From Legionellales bacterium (GTDB taxonomy: Bacteria; Pseudomonadota; Gammaproteobacteria; JAGOUN01), in NCBI GenBank assembly GCA_027486005.1, contig JAIXPZ010000067.1:2119-66118 (forward strand): 64,000 bases of DNA, in the 5' to 3' direction. Both the position numbers and the translations under genes were made by a program. The notes under the pieces are model-generated. The model did not search any database. It was given only the letters and a program-made list of their open reading frames with translations, and was not told where the DNA came from. Below are positions 59,604-64,000 of this stretch, in pieces; position 1 is the first letter of the stretch; each line of letters starts with the position of its first letter.

Positions 59604-60106
59604 ACTTCATTCATCCCAATGACTTCTGCAACCGCATAAAACACTTCCTTCAATTGCTCTTTACTAAGTGACGTTAATGGTCCAGTGATTAAACGTTTAT
59701 TATCAATTGCTCCTATTTGGTCGATTAATAAATCAGAGCCTTGTTTTAAATCATCTTGTGCCTCAACCCGGATTCTCAAAGGATGAGCATTGTCGATAAG
59801 CTGGGTAGTGAGCGGAATAATTAAGGTGGAGGGATGAAGAATGTCCAGAAGAGCCTGGTCTTGAAAAATTAATACTGGCCTTGTTTTGCCTGGCTCTGTC
59901 CCTCTACTGGGATTCAAATTGGCCAACCAAATCTGCCCTTGTTTAATAGATCTCTTTCGTAACTCTACTTCTGCGGAGAGTTTGTTCGTCGGTTCGGTAC
60001 TCGAATCCTCATGTACCCCCGTGTACACTGCGGTTCTGCGTTCCGATCCTTCTCCAACTTCTCTCACAGAAGCGAGTTTCGAAAGAGATCTAATCTTTAA
60101 GGTCAT
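59600..60106 (-). CDS. MazF/PemK toxin carrying an in-frame RPE1-like insertion
   Basis: KQGQIWLANLNPSRGTEPGKTRPVLIFQ...IIPLTT...SDLLIDQIGAIDNKRL; start ATG 60106 overlaps the antitoxin end. Confidence 0.9.
   Translation of the reverse strand: MTLKIRSLSKLASVREVGEGSERRTAVYTGVHEDSSTEPTNKLSAEVELRKRSIKQGQIWLANLNPSRGTEPGKTRPVLIFQDQALLDILHPSTLIIPLTTQLIDNAHPLRIRVEAQDDLKQGSDLLIDQIGAIDNKRLITGPLTSLSKEQLKEVFYAVAEVIGMNEV
59948..60091. mobile_element. 144-bp RPE1-like MITE with 12-bp TIRs and AAT target-site duplication
   Basis: agatctctttcg ... cgaaagagatct flanked by aat on both sides; peptide RSLSKLASVREVGEGSERRTAVYTGVHEDSSTEPTNKLSAEVELRKRS. Confidence 0.9.
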
Positions 60107-60329
60107 ATTCAATCTCATCAAATTCGGCATTAACTTTCATACTCTCTTTTCTCACCAACAAACTAGCAGCTTTTAACTTTTTCTCGCGTATGCGTTTTGT
60201 TATCTCAGCGTTCATACGTTTAATAGCTTGGCGTATATAATCTGCTTGTGGCACTTCTAAAAAATGCGAACTAGTTTTGACGGCTTTAAACAATTCATCA
60301 CTTACGCGCACAGAAATTAACGACGACAT
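60090..60329 (-). CDS. Ribbon-helix-helix antitoxin
   Basis: ISVRVSDEL...ADYIRQAI...ASLLVRKESMKVNAEF; directly upstream of the MazF gene. Confidence 0.85.
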   Translation of the reverse strand: MSSLISVRVSDELFKAVKTSSHFLEVPQADYIRQAIKRMNAEITKRIREKKLKAASLLVRKESMKVNAEFDEIEYDLKD

Positions 60330-60395
60330 TGCAGACTCCTATTTTAGACCCTTTTTTTACAGCATAGCCTGGCTATCAAAAAAGTCAACAAACAT

Positions 60396-60425
60396 ATATA
60401 CATTTTTGTCTACAAAAATGTATAT
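60396..60425. promoter_or_regulatory. Perfect 14-bp inverted repeat upstream of the antitoxin promoter (operator or terminator)
   Basis: atatacatttttgt-ct-acaaaaatgtatat; a TTGACT-16-TATGCT promoter lies at 60361-60388 (minus). Confidence 0.55.
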
Positions 60426-60985
60426 CACTCTACTTCTGTCACCGCATAGATCCCAGGAAGATTTCTAAAATAACCTTCGTAGTCCAAACCAAATCCAATT
60501 AAAAATAAATCTTCCACTTTCAAGCCTGTAAAGTCCGCATGCGCCAAGCCCCCTTCAGCACGCGGATGATTTTTATCAACGACTACCGCAGTATAAATTT
60601 TTGCAGCGCCTTCTGCTTGACAATATTTAATGATTTCTGCCAAAGTTGTGCCCGCATCTAAAACATCTTCAACAATCAAAATCACTCGATCTTTTAAAGA
60701 TGATCGCGGCTCGGCTAACCAATGTAACTGACTCGCGTGCATTTTTCCTTGGTAGCGCGTTACATGCAGGTAATCTAATTGCAAAGGAAAATGCAATCGA
60801 GTGACTAAGTGGCCCACCGGAATAATAGAACCATTCAACACTGTCATCACGATCGGTTGTTGATCTTGTAACTCTTGCGTGATCTCCACTGCCATGCGAT
60901 CTAGTGCGGCATTAATTGCTTGCATATCATGCAAACATGTTGCTTTTTTTTGCATTATTTGCAAATCATTCATTGATATTGTCAT
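60425..60985 (-). CDS. hpt: Hypoxanthine-guanine phosphoribosyltransferase
   Basis: DYLHVTRY, ILIVEDVLDAGTTL, GFGLDY.G.FRNLPGIY. Confidence 0.92.
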   Translation of the reverse strand: MTISMNDLQIMQKKATCLHDMQAINAALDRMAVEITQELQDQQPIVMTVLNGSIIPVGHLVTRLHFPLQLDYLHVTRYQGKMHASQLHWLAEPRSSLKDRVILIVEDVLDAGTTLAEIIKYCQAEGAAKIYTAVVVDKNHPRAEGGLAHADFTGLKVEDLFLIGFGLDYEGYFRNLPGIYAVTEVE

Positions 60986-62088
60986 GAGCGAAGATCTCCT
61001 CGAATATTTACTCCATCAGGAATATGCGTAGTGACGGTTGGGAAAGCAATTTGCACTTTATGTTCAGCAATAATATCGAGTATTTTGAACAAAATATCCT
61101 GTTGCACGTCGCGCCAATGGGGATTCGCGGTAGCTCGAGTAAAACAATAAATATTAATATCCAAAGAAGAAGCGCCAAATTTAACAAAATGCACCATCAG
61201 AAGTTGACGAGGATCAACATTGGGGTGTTGTCTTAACATTTGATCAATCGCCTGAACCAAACCTTTTAGTAAATGCCCGTCTTTATAACAAACGCCAATC
61301 GTGGCATCAATTCTCCTGTGTGTCATACGCTGTGGATTAACAATAATCACCTGATTGAATAACGCATTCGGGATATACAAGGGTCGATTATCCAGCGCCA
61401 TCACTTTCGTTGTACGCCAACCAATGCGGGTTACAGTACCTTCAATATCGCGATCTGGCGACTGAATCCAATCTCCAAGCTTGAAAGGTTTATCGAGAAA
61501 AATCATCAAGCCACCAAACCAATTCGCCAGTAATTGCTGCGCCGCGATCCCCATGACAATCGCACCACCACCACCAAAAGCTAACAAACCAGTTAACGGA
61601 ATTCCCAGGGATTGTAAAAGAATCAACATCCCCACGACAATCAAACCAATTCGCGTAAAGCGCCCCACTACTGAAACCGTTGTTTCATCCATTTTTTTTC
61701 GTGACTCAGACGGAGTTACTAAACGCTGCTCAATTAGATTAATATAACGCCAAGAGAACCAGACAAAAATCAACACCGAGATTCCAATACGCACCCGAAT
61801 CACTTCCTGCGACCACTCTTTTTGATTCATATCAAGCAAAACATACTCTAAAAATAAGGCGGCGGCACACATCCAAACCAGCAAAGCTAAAGGCAAAGAT
61901 AATGCCTGCAATAAAGTGTCATCCCAAACATGATTGCTTTTTTTCAAGTGTACTAATAAACGCTTAACCAGCTTCCGCTGCAGCCAATAAACAAAAAAAG
62001 CAGCAAGAAAAATAATTATGCCATGCATCATCCAGGCATATTCCGAGTATGCGCCTAATAAAGTAACTAACCAGTTATGCAAATACAT
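60982..62088 (-). CDS. MscS-family mechanosensitive channel
   Basis: LLAFGGGG, LANWFGG...DKPFKLGDWI, EGTV..IGWRTT, IAFPT. Confidence 0.93.
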   Translation of the reverse strand: MYLHNWLVTLLGAYSEYAWMMHGIIIFLAAFFVYWLQRKLVKRLLVHLKKSNHVWDDTLLQALSLPLALLVWMCAAALFLEYVLLDMNQKEWSQEVIRVRIGISVLIFVWFSWRYINLIEQRLVTPSESRKKMDETTVSVVGRFTRIGLIVVGMLILLQSLGIPLTGLLAFGGGGAIVMGIAAQQLLANWFGGLMIFLDKPFKLGDWIQSPDRDIEGTVTRIGWRTTKVMALDNRPLYIPNALFNQVIIVNPQRMTHRRIDATIGVCYKDGHLLKGLVQAIDQMLRQHPNVDPRQLLMVHFVKFGASSLDINIYCFTRATANPHWRDVQQDILFKILDIIAEHKVQIAFPTVTTHIPDGVNIRGDLRS

Positions 62089-63154
62089 GACCTTCCTTTA
62101 GTTTTTCAAGTTCTTGACAAATACGAATATATTGTTCAGAGGATTGTAACTGACCCCATCGCTCTAAACACTCTTTAGTTGATGATGGAATCTCTAAGGT
62201 TGAAGTAAAAGACTTCAATGGTTTTAATGGCGCATGACTGGCAATTTCTTTTTCAACAGTTTCCAGCACATCCCATTGGCTTTCATGGTGATTACACAAC
62301 AATACATAATTACAACCACTTTCTCGCGCTAAGCGAATACGTTTATCCGCAGTTCCAGCAACGTGCGCTGCTTTCATACTTAAACAGTCAGAAAAAACAA
62401 CACCTTTAAACCGCATGCGTTCTCGTAAAATATGTTCTATCCAAAATCGACAATATCCCGCAGGCATCGGTGACACTTCGGGATAAATAATATGCGAACA
62501 CATCACCGCTGAAAGTTGCGATGCAAGATCGCGATACGGGCGCATATCACCCTCCCAAAGCGTATCAAACGAACGATCATCTATGGGCTGGTCGACATGG
62601 CTATCTAAATTAACGCCGCCGTGACCAGGAAAATGTTTCGCCACAGGCAGTACCTGGGTAAAGCGAATACCTTCTAAATAAGCCCCGCCCACTGCAGTCA
62701 CAACACTGGCGCGCTTTCCAAAAGCTCTATCCCCAATGATTTGATTACGCTCCATGTCTATATCGAATACTGGGGCAAAATTAATCTGAATACCAAACGC
62801 TGCTAACTCACTGCCCGCAAGCCATGCACAATTTGCCGCTAATTGCTTGCCTTTTTCTTCATCCAATAAATATACATTGCCCAATTGCTTCATGGCAGGG
62901 AGAATAGTAAAAGGCTCTTTAAAGCGTTGAACTCTCCCACCCTCATGATCGACTGCAAACAGTAATTTTGGGTTAATCGCCCGCGCTTGTTCAAGCAACT
63001 CGGCTAATTGCTGCGGACTTTCATAATTTCTCGCAAATAAGACAACCCCAGCCAATAGTCGATGGGTTAAAAGCTTTAATTCCTCAGGCAAAAGGGTTAT
63101 TGACCGAAGGTCCATAAAAATAAAAGGTGCAGGAGGATAAAGTACTTTTGACAT
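62075..63154 (-). CDS. nagZ: Beta-N-acetylhexosaminidase
   Basis: VDHEGGRVQRF, NFAPV.D, KHFPGHG...DSH, VFSDCLSM. Confidence 0.95.
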   Translation of the reverse strand: MSKVLYPPAPFIFMDLRSITLLPEELKLLTHRLLAGVVLFARNYESPQQLAELLEQARAINPKLLFAVDHEGGRVQRFKEPFTILPAMKQLGNVYLLDEEKGKQLAANCAWLAGSELAAFGIQINFAPVFDIDMERNQIIGDRAFGKRASVVTAVGGAYLEGIRFTQVLPVAKHFPGHGGVNLDSHVDQPIDDRSFDTLWEGDMRPYRDLASQLSAVMCSHIIYPEVSPMPAGYCRFWIEHILRERMRFKGVVFSDCLSMKAAHVAGTADKRIRLARESGCNYVLLCNHHESQWDVLETVEKEIASHAPLKPLKSFTSTLEIPSSTKECLERWGQLQSSEQYIRICQELEKLKEGHVFA

Positions 63155-63236
63155 GATGGAATATTCCTCTCAAGTAGGCGCAATAACTGGAAAAACTCAG
63201 TTCACAAACTAAGGGATGGGCCCAGATTATACGCTT

Positions 63237-64000
63237 TCAGGTTTTAATATCCACTCCTGACGGCGAAATTTCCACAAAAACAGGTCCTGACTCGGTCACC
63301 CAGGGCTCTATTCCGAGCTGACCATATCGATGCATTACTAATCCACTGGGGAAATGAAATCGATTTAAAAAACCATAGGAAAAAACCGCATAATCAGGAT
63401 GTACTGCCGATAAAAACTCTTCAGAGGAAGAAGTTTTGCTACCATGATGAGGGACAGATATTACTGTCGCTGCAAGATCGTCTCTAAAATTTTTGGTTAA
63501 ATATTGCTCTGCAGCTCGCTCAATGTCTCCCACCAACAATACAATTGCCTTGCCGGAGGTAATTTTGAGTACACAAGAACTATTATTACCTTGGTGCTGA
63601 TGACTGGCATCCGGATAAAGCACTTGAAAACTGACCCCATCCCATTGCCAATGCTGACCACGCTGACACAGCATTGCCCCTGGCACTTTATTTAGATCGC
63701 TGGTCAGGACACGTCGTACTGGAAAATTTTTTCTTAACGTATTCGCGCCACCAGAATGATCGGCATCGCCATGACTAACCATCAACATATCAATTTTTTT
63801 CCACCCTTGATGATAAAAATACGGAATAATAACCGACTGCCCTACATCTCCTCCTGTAAAAAATTTCGGCCCAGTATCATAAACCATTAAGTGGCTCTGA
63901 GTTTTCACCAAGACCGATAAGCCCTGGCCCACATTTAAAAAAACCAACTGTGCATTGCCTTGTTTTGGCTCAACTCGCATCAATACAATAGGCATCATGG
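63237..64000 (-). CDS. comEC: ComEC/Rec2 competence protein, C-terminal metallo-beta-lactamase domain (5' part outside window)
   Basis: NVGQG, YDTG, SHGDADHSGG, NNSSCVL, GDIE, PHHGSKTSS, NRFHFP. Confidence 0.92.
   Translation of the reverse strand, partial: MMPIVLMRVEPKQGNAQLVFLNVGQGLSVLVKTQSHLMVYDTGPKFFTGGDVGQSVIIPYFYHQGWKKIDMLMVSHGDADHSGGANTLRKNFPVRRVLTSDLNKVPGAMLCQRGQHWQWDGVSFQVLYPDASHQHQGNNSSCVLKITSGKAIVLLVGDIERAAEQYLTKNFRDDLAATVISVPHHGSKTSSSEEFLSAVHPDYAVFSYGFLNRFHFPSGLVMHRYGQLGIEPWVTESGPVFVEISPSGVDIKT

Noticed and set aside
59560-60430. dusA-associated integrative element
   Set aside because: A TA pair abuts the dusA 5' end, but no integrase or att duplication is visible.

Overview
AT-rich (about 40% GC by eye) gammaproteobacterial chromosome segment, most consistent with a Legionellales/Coxiellales-like host-associated lineage (LbtU-type porin, gltX next to cysS, large orphan effector-like proteins; taxonomy is inference). 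The backbone is housekeeping: aceE-aceF, ampDE, cysS/gltX, lepA-lepB-rnc-era-recO, tRNA-Leu/Arg, glk, pabBA, ppa, folE, tRNA-fMet-rimP-nusA-infB-rbfA-truB-rpsO-pnp, an FMN-riboswitch-controlled ribD-ribE-ribBA-ribH operon, dusA, hpt, mscS, nagZ and comEC. The main signal is several families of small palindromic mobile repeats (GTAG-headed REPs/REPINs, CGTC-type repeats, Rickettsia-RPE-like MITEs) that sit in frame inside intact conserved genes. They form the AceF linkers, occur in TruB, DusA and a GltD/Nfn-like oxidoreductase, and a 144-bp RPE1-like element with a 3-bp target duplication adds 49 aa to a MazF toxin. Other highlights: a four-member orphan effector-like paralog family (one ends in a CaaX box); a degenerate P1B ATPase; a DUF6338-like membrane protein plus an unannotated 49-aa Pro-rich peptide inserted between infB and rbfA; four stand-alone TA modules; and a 28-bp copy of coding sequence at a distant junction. 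All calls were made by eye, with no database searches.
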